From NCBI GenBank assembly GCA_051251915.1, contig JBPOGF010000006.1, positions 96,001 through 160,000 of the forward strand: a DNA stretch of 64,000 bases, given 5' to 3'. Position 1 is the first letter of the stretch, and every line of letters begins with the position of its first letter. A program made the translations under genes and the position numbers. Below the pieces are notes generated by a model that worked only from the letters and a program-made list of their open reading frames with translations, was not told the DNA's origin and searched no databases. Shown here piece by piece: positions 38,901 through 48,754 of the stretch. This DNA is from Akkermansiaceae bacterium (lineage in GTDB: Bacteria; Verrucomicrobiota; Verrucomicrobiia; Verrucomicrobiales; Akkermansiaceae).

Positions 38901-39641
38901 GTTTCTGTGGTAGTGACCGCCTACGAAGCCGATGCCTCTGCCGCCTTTGCCTTCTTCAGGTGCGCGGCACCACATGAGTGCTTGTTTGGTGCCGAAGCAT
39001 TTGGCGCCTTCTGCTTTCCACATGTTGATGTACTTGATGATCTTTTCTGGGGTGGGGACGGCTGTGGCTACTGGGTGGTAGCAGTCGCACTCACTTTTGG
39101 TGGGGATCTGCATGTTGAAGTAGAACTCGTCATAGGCTGTGAAATTTTCTTTCATGCCGCGGGCGATGGGGTGAGATTTATCTGGTGTGATGTCTGCGAT
39201 CCAGTGTGGGTTGACTGATATTTCATCGGTCATGTATGCGCCGATCCAGTTGGTGAAGTATTTTTTGCCTACTGCTTTAGGTGGGTGGACTCCGTAGTGC
39301 ATGAACATGATGCCCATGCCTTCTTTGACTTTTTGATCTAGAAATGCGTATTTTTCACCAAATCTGCCACCGGCGTCTGCGTAGATGATGCAGGCGTCTA
39401 CTCCGTCGAAGATGGATTCATCTTTTGGCCATCCGTAGTAGTGGACTGTGGCTTCGATGTCGGCGCCGCTTTCGTTGAGTGCGTTTGCGAGTAGTGTGCA
39501 TCCTGCGCGGAATTCGTGTTCGCCGTTTGAGTGGCTGGGTTTACCGGCTAGGAATAGGATTTTCTTTTTCGCAGCGGCGGTGAAAGAAGTTACTATGCTT
39601 AGGGTGAGGAACAGGATGATGGATTTGGTGATAGATCTCAT
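35964..39641 (-). CDS. PVC-type heme-binding CxxCH protein (ThuA-like + beta-propeller dehydrogenase-like + HEAT + cytochrome c)
   Basis: LAGKPSHSNGEHEFRAG; NPTNMDVDQHGRMWV; GYRNSYE; FRPSDV..GTDGAIYFTDW; CVMCH; SLM. Confidence 0.9.
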   Translation of the reverse strand: MRSITKSIILFLTLSIVTSFTAAAKKKILFLAGKPSHSNGEHEFRAGCTLLANALNESGADIEATVHYYGWPKDESIFDGVDACIIYADAGGRFGEKYAFLDQKVKEGMGIMFMHYGVHPPKAVGKKYFTNWIGAYMTDEISVNPHWIADITPDKSHPIARGMKENFTAYDEFYFNMQIPTKSECDCYHPVATAVPTPEKIIKYINMWKAEGAKCFGTKQALMWCRAPEEGKGGRGIGFVGGHYHRNWAIDEFRKLALNAIVWVARAEVPADGVQSKTITKEMLNENLDKPVEGKPIELPTAELYKQKPMKQPDLNAPKNKKKKKAAAPTADTKTIAAKDSATWEPTLPPTHVAKELFTIPNDTDNELEVTVWATSPQLYNPTNMDVDQHGRMWVLEGVNYRRKSDRREKGDRILILEDTNGDGKADSTKVFHQDPDLESPLGIGVFDNQIIVSQPPNLIIYTDVNRDLKYDPAVDKREILLSGFNARQHDHSLHSLTAGPGGKWYFNNGNCGGIFTDKSDKTFTLNGVYKGGGGKWYANNNKGGEKSSDGHVWTAGATVRMNPDGTNAEIVGHGYRNSYEQTINSLGEMFQNDNDDVASCRNSYILEYGSAGFFTREGTQMWRSTRRPGQTTGQAHWRQDDPGTFDVGDIYGHGSPTGVAFYENGALGDNWIGTYLACEAARNTIFGYHPKKKGAGYKMNRFNFTTTNLTGEYAGGDQVKQIPDQAKAEVALLFRPSDVTVGTDGAIYFTDWFDGRVGGHSTMDNSCSGTIYRIAPKGFKPNSPKFDLNTVAGQITALKSPAVNVRHLGFRLLKENKPGALAALKELLNDTNPYIAARAIWLLPHLGEEGMKACEALLKDSDANKRLVALRALRRMDINIIPFAKQLMNDPDAAVRRDVALSLRNLNPEDTKDIFVALAKNVDINDKNYIESIGLGAAKNEQIIWTAIRDSLAPKNQNPEKWSDEFATLTWRLWNPAAIPALKQRALSKKLTAAQRELAIESIAFINDPAAADALFDIAADNDAAIKTSASNWLFRNAAGEWKDMDIKKRLAETGIYDPEKITVNAITVPEDKPSDANSPERVARVLALNGDADKGKQTIMRCVMCHKVENTGPNYGPPLKGWGQTQSREAIATSIIMPSADIAHGFRSSKIILKDGKEVHGLLQQGDPYIVTSTGGMVQMIPKSKVEKVTYMKRSLMLSASQLGLSDQEVADIIAYMKTWSAE

Positions 39642-39753
39642 GGTTGGATGATGTGTTATACGCTATACGTTCGATTATTGTGATTATTACTGCTTTAGGT
39701 TTTTTTCCTAGGAATTAATTGTTTTTTGGAGTCGAGTCTTTTATAGATAGGGT

Positions 39754-40680
39754 ATGCCAAAGATGAAAGTTTCGGAGAAGGTCGACATCGGTGTTTCGGT
39801 GGAGAAAGTTTATGCGTATCTTCATAACTTTAAGAACTGGAGTGAGTGGTCGCCGTGGTTGGTGTGTGAGAGGGACTGTGCATTACAGTTTTCTGATGAC
39901 TCTAGGGAGTGGTATAGCTGGGATGGTAAGTATGTGGGGGCTGGGAGGATGTCGCTTAAAAAGACAGTGGAGAATGAAGGATTTGACTACTTTTTGGAAT
40001 TCCTGAAGCCGTGGAAATCTAAGGCTGATGTGAAATTTGATCTAACAGAAACTGAGGGAGGGGTTGAGGTGGTGTGGACGATGGATAGTAGCTTGCCGTG
40101 GTTTATGTGGTGGCTGAAGCCGATGATGGAGCGGATGATAGCGATGGATTATCAGCGTGGGCTTAAGATGTTGAAGGAGGTTTTGGAGACGGGGAGGGTG
40201 GATTCTAAGCTTGAGTATGCTGAGGATGTGTCGTTTCCGGCGAGGGGGTATTTGGGGATTAAGAGTGTGTGTTTGATGGATGAGATGGCGGAGAGGATGG
40301 GAGGAGACTTTGAAAAACTTACCTCTAGGGTTAAGGAAATGGGGGTAGAGGGGACGGAATTTTTTACGATTTACGAGAAGTGGAATTTATCTAGGGGAGA
40401 GGTGGTTTATACGGTTTGTGTGGGGGTGGATGGTGAGGTGGCTGATGTGCCAGAAGGATTTGTGGTTGGGGTGAGGGAGGCTTGTGATGCGTTTGTGGTG
40501 ACGCATCGTGGTGGGTACGATCATCTGGGGAATGCTTGGTCTGCGGGGATGATGCGTGCGCGGTCTAAGCCGCCGGTGTTTAAGCAGAGTAAGAAGGAGA
40601 TGCCGTTTGAGGTATATGATACAGGGCCGGGGTGTGAGGGTGAGGAGGTTGTTACACGGGTGGTGATGCCGGTGGGGTAA
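39754..40680 (+). CDS. SRPBCC (START) domain + GyrI-like effector-binding domain protein
   Basis: NFKNWSEWSPW, DYQRGLKMLK; HRGGYDHLGNAW, PFEVY. Confidence 0.85.
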   Translation: MPKMKVSEKVDIGVSVEKVYAYLHNFKNWSEWSPWLVCERDCALQFSDDSREWYSWDGKYVGAGRMSLKKTVENEGFDYFLEFLKPWKSKADVKFDLTETEGGVEVVWTMDSSLPWFMWWLKPMMERMIAMDYQRGLKMLKEVLETGRVDSKLEYAEDVSFPARGYLGIKSVCLMDEMAERMGGDFEKLTSRVKEMGVEGTEFFTIYEKWNLSRGEVVYTVCVGVDGEVADVPEGFVVGVREACDAFVVTHRGGYDHLGNAWSAGMMRARSKPPVFKQSKKEMPFEVYDTGPGCEGEEVVTRVVMPVG

Positions 40681-40755
40681 GTTAGCGGTGATCAGTTAGC
40701 AGTGATCGGGGGCTTGGGTTGATGATGGGTTTATCGACCGGGAGGTCGATGCCAC
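40681..40755. repeat. Heptamer run plus a REP-like hairpin
   Basis: gttagcg gtgatca gttagca gtgatcg (first 13 bp shared with 1855); minus strand GTGG-c-atcgacc-tccc-ggtcgat at 40733-40755. Confidence 0.7.
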
Positions 40756-40761
40756 GGGGGT

Positions 40762-42066
40762 TTATGGGTTGTTTTGGTAGAGGGTTTCTCCTTCTGATTT
40801 GGCGATGACTACGGCGGCGCAGGAGTCACCGAAGACGTTGACGGCGGTGCGTGACATGTCTAGGAGGCGGTCTACGGCGAAGAGTGCTAGGATGGCGTTG
40901 TCTGCTCCGGGGATGCCGGAGTTGTTCATGATGATGAGGATGGCGACCATGGAGGCGGAGGGGACGCCGGCTACGCCGATACTGGTGAGGAGGGCTGAGA
41001 TGACGACGAGCATCTGGGCGGTGAAGGTCATTTCTAGTCCCATGACTTGGGCGACGAAGATGACGGCGATGCATTCGTAGAGGGCGGTTCCGTCCATGTT
41101 GACGGTGGCTCCGAGTGGGAGTGTGAAGCTGGCGGTTTTTTTGCTGACACCAGCATTATCTTGGACGCAGCGCATGGTGACGGGGAGGGTGGCTGAGGAG
41201 CTGGAGGTGGAGAAGGCGGTGAGGAGGGCGGTTTTCATGGCTTTGAAGTGAGCGATGGGGCTGACTCTTCCGACTATTTTGAGTAGTAGGGGGAGGACTA
41301 GGAACATGTGGAGGGCGAGGGCTAGGAGGACGGTGAAGAAGTAGGGGCCGAGCTGCTGGAAGACTTCTGCGCCGCTTTTGTAGACGGTGCCGACCATCAT
41401 GCCGAAGATGCCGATGGGGGCGGTGATCATGATCCATTGGGTGATTTTGATCATGATGTCATTTAGGTTCTGGAAGAAGTCTCGCATGGGTTGCATCTGG
41501 TCGGCGGGGAACTGGGTCATGGCGATGCCGAACATGAGGCTGAAGACGAGGAGTCCTAGGAGCTGGTCTTCTGCGCCGGCTTTGATGATGTTTTGGGGGA
41601 GCATGCGCTTGAAGATGGCGGTCCAGTCTTTGGCTTGGTCTTGCCTGGAGGTTGCGAATCTTTCTTTGTCTGAGTCTGAGGTTCCTGCGGGTGCGTTATC
41701 GAATACTTCGCGGAGCTCTGCATTTGGCTGACCGTCTACGAGTCCGGGCTGCATGACATTTACGATAAGGAGGCCGAGGACTACCGCGCTGAGGGTGGAG
41801 AGGAGGTAGAAGCCGAGGGTTTTGAGGCCCATGCGCTTGAAGCCATCGAATCCGGCTAGACCTGCGAGGCCGGCGATGATGGAGGAGACGACGAGTGGGA
41901 CGATGATCATTTTGAGGGCTTGGAGGAAGAGGTCTCCGAGGAGGGTGCAGATTTTGAGGGTGGAGTTTACCCAGGCGACATCGCCGGCTTGCTTGAGTAG
42001 GGTGGCTACTAAGACGGCAGCTACTAGTGCGATGATGATCTGCCAATGGGTTGCTAATTTCTTCAT
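40762..42066 (-). CDS. Dicarboxylate/amino acid:cation symporter (DAACS, GltP/GltT-like)
   Basis: LKMIIVPLV, AFSTSSSSATLP, LPLGATVNMDGTALY, DRLLDMSRTAVNVFGD. Confidence 0.95.
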   Translation of the reverse strand: MKKLATHWQIIIALVAAVLVATLLKQAGDVAWVNSTLKICTLLGDLFLQALKMIIVPLVVSSIIAGLAGLAGFDGFKRMGLKTLGFYLLSTLSAVVLGLLIVNVMQPGLVDGQPNAELREVFDNAPAGTSDSDKERFATSRQDQAKDWTAIFKRMLPQNIIKAGAEDQLLGLLVFSLMFGIAMTQFPADQMQPMRDFFQNLNDIMIKITQWIMITAPIGIFGMMVGTVYKSGAEVFQQLGPYFFTVLLALALHMFLVLPLLLKIVGRVSPIAHFKAMKTALLTAFSTSSSSATLPVTMRCVQDNAGVSKKTASFTLPLGATVNMDGTALYECIAVIFVAQVMGLEMTFTAQMLVVISALLTSIGVAGVPSASMVAILIIMNNSGIPGADNAILALFAVDRLLDMSRTAVNVFGDSCAAVVIAKSEGETLYQNNP

Positions 42067-42150
42067 GGGCGCATGTTACAGATATGTGAGAGGGTGTAAA
42101 AAAATAAATTTCACGTTGCATTTTCAAGTAGAAGAGATTGACTCAGCGGC

Positions 42151-43473
42151 ATGAGTAATTCTGTGAAATCTGTCCGTACGCGCTTTGCGCCATCACCTAC
42201 TGGTTATCTTCATATTGGGGGAGCTAGGACTGCGTTGTTTAACTGGTTGTATGCTAGGAAGCATGGTGGGACGTTTGTATTGCGGGTGGAGGATACGGAT
42301 GAGGAGAGGAATACGGATGAGGCGAGAGAGGCTATTTTTGAGGGGATGAAATGGTTGGGGATGGACATTGATGAGGGTCCTAGTGAGGGTGGAGAATTTG
42401 GTCCGTATAATCAGTCTGAGAGGCAGGCAATTTATGAAAAATGGTTCCAGAAGTTGGTGGATGCTGACCGTGTCTATGAGGATGATGGTGCATGGAGGTT
42501 CCGTTTTGAGCGTAAGCCTATCACGATGCATGATATGGTGTGTGGTGAGGTGACGATTGATTATACTGATGAGTCGATCAATCCGGATATGGTGGTGAAG
42601 CGTTCGAATGGGACGTTTGTATTTCACTTTGTGAATGTGGTGGATGACATTGAGATGGAGATGACGCATGTGATCCGTGGGGAGGATCATTTGATGAATA
42701 CGCCGAAGCATTTACAGTTGTTTGATGCGCTGGGTGTGGAGCCACCGAAGTATGCGCATATTCCGTTGATTTTGAATCAGGATGGCTCGAAGATGTCTAA
42801 GCGCGATGAGGGAGCTGCTGTGGGTGAGTATGCTAACAGTGGATATTTGTCTGCTGCGGTGGATAATTTTATCGCGTTGCTAGGGTGGTCACCGAAGGGT
42901 GAGCAGGAGATCTTTTCGGTGGCGGAGTTGGTTGAAAAATTTGATCTGGATGCGGTGAACCGTGCGCCGGCGAAATTTGATATTGAGAAGTGTGCGTGGG
43001 TTAACCAGCAGCATTTGTTGGCGCTAAGTGGGGAAGAATTTGCTGCGGCAGCGGCTCCTTATGTGGAGGCGGCAGGGTTGGCTGTGGATGGAGATTATCA
43101 GAAGATGGTTGTTTCTGTTCAGGAGAAGGTGAAGTTGCTGAGCGAGGTGCCTGCGATGATTGCTTTTTTCACTGATGGTGAGTATCCGTTTGATGCGGAT
43201 GGGATAGCGAAGGTGAAGAAGAATGACCAGGCTGTGATTTTGTTGGAGAAGTTGGCTAATTCATTTACGTCTCTGACTGATTGGAGTGATGCTAAGGAAA
43301 GTATTGGGACAACGGCTAAGGAGAACGGAGCTAAGCCTGGACAGTTGATGTTCCCTACACGTGTTGCGCTGAGTGGGATGACTGGTGGTCCGGACTTGGG
43401 TGAAATTTTAGTGATTCTTGGTCAAGAGGAGTCGATCCGCAGAATTCGTAGAGCAGTGACTGAGTTGTCATGA
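42151..43473 (+). CDS. gltX: Glutamate--tRNA ligase
   Basis: RTRFAPSPTGYLHIGG, LRVEDTD, THVIRGEDH, KMSKR. Confidence 0.95.
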   Translation: MSNSVKSVRTRFAPSPTGYLHIGGARTALFNWLYARKHGGTFVLRVEDTDEERNTDEAREAIFEGMKWLGMDIDEGPSEGGEFGPYNQSERQAIYEKWFQKLVDADRVYEDDGAWRFRFERKPITMHDMVCGEVTIDYTDESINPDMVVKRSNGTFVFHFVNVVDDIEMEMTHVIRGEDHLMNTPKHLQLFDALGVEPPKYAHIPLILNQDGSKMSKRDEGAAVGEYANSGYLSAAVDNFIALLGWSPKGEQEIFSVAELVEKFDLDAVNRAPAKFDIEKCAWVNQQHLLALSGEEFAAAAAPYVEAAGLAVDGDYQKMVVSVQEKVKLLSEVPAMIAFFTDGEYPFDADGIAKVKKNDQAVILLEKLANSFTSLTDWSDAKESIGTTAKENGAKPGQLMFPTRVALSGMTGGPDLGEILVILGQEESIRRIRRAVTELS

Positions 43474-44348
43474 AGCACGTTTATAAGATAGAGGATTTAC
43501 GAGAAGGGGCTTTGCCTGCAAATGCTGGATTGGCGGTGCTGGGTTACCCCGTGTCTCATTCGGCATCACCGCAGATGCATCAAGCGGCGCTTGATGCGCT
43601 GGGTATAGATATCAGCTATATTCGGTTAGAAATAGAGCCTGGGAGTGTGGGTGAGTCGTTTGAGCTGATGCGAGGTCTTGGGTTCTTAGGGTGTAATGTC
43701 ACGATTCCTCATAAGCTGGAGGCTATGGAGGGGTGTGATGAGTTGTCGGCTTCTGTGAAGTTGTTGGGAGTGGCGAATACGATACATTTTAAAGATGGTA
43801 AGATCTTGGGGGATAACTCAGATGGGCCAGGCCTGATTCAAGCGCTTGAAGATGATTTTGGCGTTAAGGTTAAAGGGTCTAAGATTCTCGTATTAGGTGC
43901 GGGTGGGGGAGCGGGTAAGGCGATAGCTACTCAGTTGAATCAAGAGGGGTGTGATCAATTGTATTTATCTAACAGAACTGTTAGTAAGGTGGAAACATTG
44001 GCAGGGAGTCTGATCAAAACGGCAACGCAAGTGCACACGATAGGGAATGGTTTCCTTGAGTTAGCTGGTGTGGCTGAGGAAGTGGAGATCATTATCAATG
44101 CTACTTCCATGGGGATGAAGCCTGATGATGCATTACCATTTCCTGTGGAATCGCTATGTGCGAGTCATAAGGTGTACGATGCGATTTATAATCCGGCAGA
44201 GACTCCGTTGTTGAAAGCAGCTAAAGACAATGGAGCGACGACAGCTAACGGGTTGTCGATGTTGATTCACCAGGGAGCAGTTTCGTTTAAGATCTGGACT
44301 GGGAAACAGCCTGATGTAGCTCTCATGCGAGAAGCGATCACCAGTTAG
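43470..44348 (+). CDS. aroE: Shikimate dehydrogenase
   Basis: GYPVSHSASP, NVTIPHK, ANT, NSDG, GAGGG, INATSMGM, NGLSMLIHQG; ATGA overlap with gltX. Confidence 0.93.
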   Translation: MKHVYKIEDLREGALPANAGLAVLGYPVSHSASPQMHQAALDALGIDISYIRLEIEPGSVGESFELMRGLGFLGCNVTIPHKLEAMEGCDELSASVKLLGVANTIHFKDGKILGDNSDGPGLIQALEDDFGVKVKGSKILVLGAGGGAGKAIATQLNQEGCDQLYLSNRTVSKVETLAGSLIKTATQVHTIGNGFLELAGVAEEVEIIINATSMGMKPDDALPFPVESLCASHKVYDAIYNPAETPLLKAAKDNGATTANGLSMLIHQGAVSFKIWTGKQPDVALMREAITS

Positions 44349-45466
44349 TCTTTCTCAGATGGTGGATTTTGCCAGTCTAACTTGTGGATTTCTCTGAGCA
44401 CCATTACTGTTTCACCTTCGATTTCTTCAAAGTCGACGGTGACATCTAGTCTAATGGTTCTAGGAGGGTCAAATGATCCTAAGATATCATGATTTTCAAT
44501 TTTCTTCTCCCGCTGTTCTCTGAGTTCTTTGAACTTATTGGTGAGTTGAGTCTTGAGATCTGTCTGATGTTTTACGAATACAGATTTCGACAATTGGCTG
44601 GGAAGGGTGCTGCTGTTATAGGCTTCTGAGAATTTGTATTCCTCGTATCCGCTGAGGCCCAGTGACTCGGTGCTGAGTTCTCTTGCGTAGAGTTTGAAAC
44701 GTTTTGGTGAGTTCTTTCGCTTAGCTTCGCCGAATTTGAACCAGTTCATGTCGCCTAGTCTCACAAAGTTTGGCCAATCGATGAGCCAATCATCACCAAC
44801 TTTCCAAAAGATAATTTCGAAATCATAGGTTTCAGAGGTCTGAGTGGAGCTAGGTATGTATCTAAGGAGTGCAACTAGCTTTGAGTTTTCGTCTGATTCT
44901 ACTAGGTCAAATCTGAGGATACGTGATGTAGCCAGATCGTTTTTCATTAGATGGCTGCTGTAGTAGCGGTTAATATCTAATACCAGATCACTTCCGTTTA
45001 GGATGTGTGATGATTTGGAGTGAATCACTGTTTCGGATGCAAACCTTAGGAAGCGTTGGGCGCATTTCTGGAAGGCTTCATCTTTTCTGATTAAGTATGC
45101 CTTGTCTGCATCATCGAGTTCCACATCAGATTTTCCTGCTAACTTGGCTTTGTCATTCATGCTGATACCCATCAGAGTGATCATAGCTAAACCGACGACC
45201 CAGATCAGGCAGATGATGGTCCAGTTTTTGCGTTGGCGTTTTTTCTTCATGGAGAAGATGTCAGCTTCATCCATTCCGGGGACGCCGTGTTTGCTCTTTT
45301 TGTCGTGTTTGTCTAGCGCTGGCATTTGCGCAACGGCGGCGAACTTTGGTCTCACTGGATGTTCTCCGCATGAGCCACATATGATGTCTTCTTGAGCGCG
45401 TCTATTTGATTTAAACAACTCTCCACAGCGGTCGCAGTGGTATAAATATCTTTGTTCTTCAGCCAT
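44345..45466 (-). CDS. Hypothetical membrane-anchored protein with N-terminal zinc ribbon
   Basis: CDRC...CGSC followed by one TM helix and a large soluble domain. Confidence 0.7.
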   Translation of the reverse strand: MAEEQRYLYHCDRCGELFKSNRRAQEDIICGSCGEHPVRPKFAAVAQMPALDKHDKKSKHGVPGMDEADIFSMKKKRQRKNWTIICLIWVVGLAMITLMGISMNDKAKLAGKSDVELDDADKAYLIRKDEAFQKCAQRFLRFASETVIHSKSSHILNGSDLVLDINRYYSSHLMKNDLATSRILRFDLVESDENSKLVALLRYIPSSTQTSETYDFEIIFWKVGDDWLIDWPNFVRLGDMNWFKFGEAKRKNSPKRFKLYARELSTESLGLSGYEEYKFSEAYNSSTLPSQLSKSVFVKHQTDLKTQLTNKFKELREQREKKIENHDILGSFDPPRTIRLDVTVDFEEIEGETVMVLREIHKLDWQNPPSEKD

Positions 45467-45539
45467 ATGTGTGAGTCGATTATTTATGCACTTCTCAGAA
45501 AATCAATGCTTTTATCAAATACCTGATTTGGGCATTTGA

Positions 45540-46310
45540 TTAGTGTGCAAACATTGGGCGGACAGGGATACCTTTTTCTGCGAAATATTCTTTTGCCTCG
45601 CGGACGGAATGTTGACCGAAATGGAAGATGCTGGCAGCTAGAACGGCATCTGCTTTGCCTTGTTCTAGAACGTCTACCATGTGTTGTAGATTTCCTGCGC
45701 CGCCACTGGCGATGACTGGTATTCCTACTGCTTCGCTGACTGCTGCGGTTAGCTCAATGTCGTAACCATCTTTGGTTCCATCGGCATCCATGCTTGTGAG
45801 TAAAATCTCACCGGCTCCTCTGTTGTAGACTTCTTTCGCCCACTCTACAGCATCGAGTCCGACTGGCTTTCTGCCGCCATGAGTATAGACTCCCCATTTG
45901 CCGTTAGCGTCGCGTTTGGCATCGATGGCTACTACGATGCATTGATCGCCGAATGCCTTGGCTCCTTCATCGATTACGCCTGGATTCACAACAGCGGCAG
46001 TATTCATACCTACTTTGTCCGCTCCTGCTAGAAGCATTTTACGCATGTCTTCAACGGTTCGAATTCCTCCGCCAACAGTGAGCGGTATGAAGCATTTTTC
46101 AGCAGTACGACGCACTACATCGACCATGGTCTCTCTTCCGTCACTTGATGCGGTGATGTCTAGGAATACTAGTTCATCTGCTTCTTGTTCGTTGTATGCG
46201 ATCGCGCTTTCGACGGGGTCTCCGGCATCGACGAGGTCGACAAAGTTTGTGCCTTTCACTACTCTGCCATTAGTTACATCAAGGCAGGGAATAATTCGTT
46301 TTGCTAACAT
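45540..46310 (-). CDS. hisF: Imidazole glycerol phosphate synthase cyclase subunit
   Basis: [42 protein letters not shown]. Confidence 0.98.
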   Translation of the reverse strand: MLAKRIIPCLDVTNGRVVKGTNFVDLVDAGDPVESAIAYNEQEADELVFLDITASSDGRETMVDVVRRTAEKCFIPLTVGGGIRTVEDMRKMLLAGADKVGMNTAAVVNPGVIDEGAKAFGDQCIVVAIDAKRDANGKWGVYTHGGRKPVGLDAVEWAKEVYNRGAGEILLTSMDADGTKDGYDIELTAAVSEAVGIPVIASGGAGNLQHMVDVLEQGKADAVLAASIFHFGQHSVREAKEYFAEKGIPVRPMFAH

Positions 46311-46331
46311 AATTTATTGATCTTCTATCGG

Positions 46332-47036
46332 TTAATTTTTCATTCCCCAAGCACCCACTTTGCGCTCCTTGGCATTGTTTTCCATCGCTTTTAAACGTTC
46401 CTTTTGTTTCTTCCAGCTTGTGCCGTCTGGTAAATTTGAGCCCCAAGTGGATAAGCGTACTAGTCCTTCATTCACGAGTAATTCATGGAGGTAATATTCT
46501 TTGCCGTCTTCTTCTAGGACGATATATGCGTGGATGCGTGTTTCGGATGGTTTGTCTGTGACTGGTTCCCATTTGGTGATCACTTTAAACTTCTTACCTT
46601 TGATGAGACTCATGGTGCGTTTCTTGCCTAGTTGTCCTAGTTTAGCAGTTTGGTCTCTATTGAGTCCTCCAAAGTATTGTCCTTGTTTATCTAATCTATC
46701 GCCATTGTTTTCTCCGCCGCCATAGGTTTTATAGGCGCTTTCGGCGGTGTCAGCGTAATAGAGCCTGATTTCATCTTGTCCCTTGTGATGCTTGATGTGG
46801 AAACTATCACCATCATTATGTTTATGCTCCGCTAATGTACAGTTTTCTAAGATTTCATACTCGTCGCCGACGACTTTTACTTCTGTTAGTTCGCCTATGC
46901 TGACTGATGATGAACTCTGTCCGCTAGTGAGATCATCTAATAGTTGGGGGTGTTTATCCTTGATGTACCAAGCCACTAGTCCTACTACTAGGGTCAATAT
47001 TACCATCAAAGTTGATTGTTTTTTCTGTCTAGCCAT
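46332..47036 (-). CDS. Thermonuclease (SNase-like) family, membrane-anchored
   Basis: DGDSF, IRLYYADTAE, LVNEGLVR, AKERKVGAW. Confidence 0.85.
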   Translation of the reverse strand: MARQKKQSTLMVILTLVVGLVAWYIKDKHPQLLDDLTSGQSSSSVSIGELTEVKVVGDEYEILENCTLAEHKHNDGDSFHIKHHKGQDEIRLYYADTAESAYKTYGGGENNGDRLDKQGQYFGGLNRDQTAKLGQLGKKRTMSLIKGKKFKVITKWEPVTDKPSETRIHAYIVLEEDGKEYYLHELLVNEGLVRLSTWGSNLPDGTSWKKQKERLKAMENNAKERKVGAWGMKN

Positions 47037-47053
47037 AAATTGATACGCGCCTT

Positions 47054-47698
47054 CTACAGTCCTGAGAAGCCTTTGTAAACCTTGTATGTTCCTGTCGGCA
47101 CTGCTTGCTTACGCCATTCTTTTTTCAGCTTTCTGTAGGTCTTAATGAAGGCTGTGGGGTCAGCCCAGTTTGTGAGTGTGCTAGACACACTTGTGCGATC
47201 CATTCCGACCTTGATATTATGTCTAATCTCGAAATGAAGGTGTGCTGGGTACATACCGCGATTATTTCCCATGGTGGCAATCTGTTGGCCACGTGTCACG
47301 TAGTCGCCTTTCTTTACCAGCATGGTTCGGTTATGGCCGTAGAGTGAATCGACGTATTTGATTTTTCCTGTTTTGGGATCTCGGTAGGCATGGCGGAGAA
47401 TGATCACGCGTCCCCAGCCACCGCGGACGTCGTAGGCAAATGTCACGACTCCGTTTGCGCAGGAGTATATGGGGTCATGGAGATCGGAATTTCCTCCGCC
47501 TGTGCCATTCCAGTCTTCGCCAAAATGGATAGGGCTCCGAAGCCGCATGCCCCGTGCTTTGTAATAATTTTTGGCATCTGGTTTCCCCACTGGGTAATCA
47601 AAACCATCCGCAAGCTCGACTCTAATCTGTTGGCCAAAGCTTAGCTCTGGTAAAAATACCAAAAAGCTGATTAGTCCGTATGCCAGATAGCGTATCAT
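47054..47698 (-). CDS. M23 family metallopeptidase
   Basis: HFGEDW (HxxxD), SLYGH, HLHFEIR; signal peptide. Confidence 0.9.
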   Translation of the reverse strand: MIRYLAYGLISFLVFLPELSFGQQIRVELADGFDYPVGKPDAKNYYKARGMRLRSPIHFGEDWNGTGGGNSDLHDPIYSCANGVVTFAYDVRGGWGRVIILRHAYRDPKTGKIKYVDSLYGHNRTMLVKKGDYVTRGQQIATMGNNRGMYPAHLHFEIRHNIKVGMDRTSVSSTLTNWADPTAFIKTYRKLKKEWRKQAVPTGTYKVYKGFSGL

Positions 47699-47848
47699 TC
47701 AGAGCATCCTAGCTGTAACAACTCTCTTGTACCAATCAAAAAGTAGTGAATTATCAAAAAATAGGTGAATTTATTGAGGTTGTATAAATTGGGGGAATCA
47801 TTAAGCTCCCGCACTAAATAAGCATAATAATTATCCATCCCTCAGAAA

Positions 47849-48676
47849 ATGACATTCCTTAGCGAGCTAAACATCAATGAACTAGGAACAAGCGGCACTA
47901 TCACGGCGGTAATCGTGGTGCTTACATTGCTTGGTTTCATCAAGGGTGCCGTGAAACTAGTGTTTCTGCTCTTTAGTTTAGCGGGGGCTGGCTATGCTGC
48001 GTATTGGGGGGCTGATGAGGGTTTGATTCACTTACAGAAAACTTGGCCAGCTGCTCCTGAGGCATTAGGAAATGTATTCGCTGTGATCTGTGGGTTGATA
48101 GCATTTTATTTTCTTTCTAAGATTTTCGGATTCTTCACTGATCCATTTGAAAATAGTAATTTCATCGCCCGTTTCGCCTTCGGTATCCCAGCAGCACTTG
48201 TGAGTCTTGTAGCTGCGTCAGGTCTAGTCTGGCTGAGTCTTAATTTTCTAAAGGATAAGGGGGCTGAGAGCGAGATTAAGTATTGGATTACGCAAGATGA
48301 TGCTGATATTAATACGCGTCTTAAAAGTTACCCGAGTTTGGCTAGTCTTAAGCACCAGTTTGAGTCATCTACTATGGGGAAGAAAATAGCTGACCTTTAC
48401 AAGCTACATGAGAGTGAAAAGCATAATCTCGCCAAGCTTCTTGTAATAGCCAACACTTCAGCGGAGAAGATCAACCAGTTAGCTCAGGATGAGCGTGTGA
48501 AGAAAATTCTACGTAACCCGCAGGTGCGGAGGCTCATGAGCGATCCAAATATCCGCAAGCAAATAGCTGAGAATAATGTCCACGGATTATTAGAGAATCC
48601 GCAGCTTAATGCAGCGCTTGGTGAGCAGCAGCTCATGGAAGATCTGATTGCTATCAGCTCAGAACAACTCAAATAA
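47849..48676 (+). CDS. Membrane protein, possibly CvpA-like
   Basis: LLGFIKGAVK N-terminal motif and four TM segments. Confidence 0.6.
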   Translation: MTFLSELNINELGTSGTITAVIVVLTLLGFIKGAVKLVFLLFSLAGAGYAAYWGADEGLIHLQKTWPAAPEALGNVFAVICGLIAFYFLSKIFGFFTDPFENSNFIARFAFGIPAALVSLVAASGLVWLSLNFLKDKGAESEIKYWITQDDADINTRLKSYPSLASLKHQFESSTMGKKIADLYKLHESEKHNLAKLLVIANTSAEKINQLAQDERVKKILRNPQVRRLMSDPNIRKQIAENNVHGLLENPQLNAALGEQQLMEDLIAISSEQLK

Positions 48677-48754
48677 TCATCAAATTAGTAAGAAAGACAT
48701 CAGCCAGTATTGACTCTCTGCCAGCTTTCTAATAATGACCTCCCCAGAATCACC

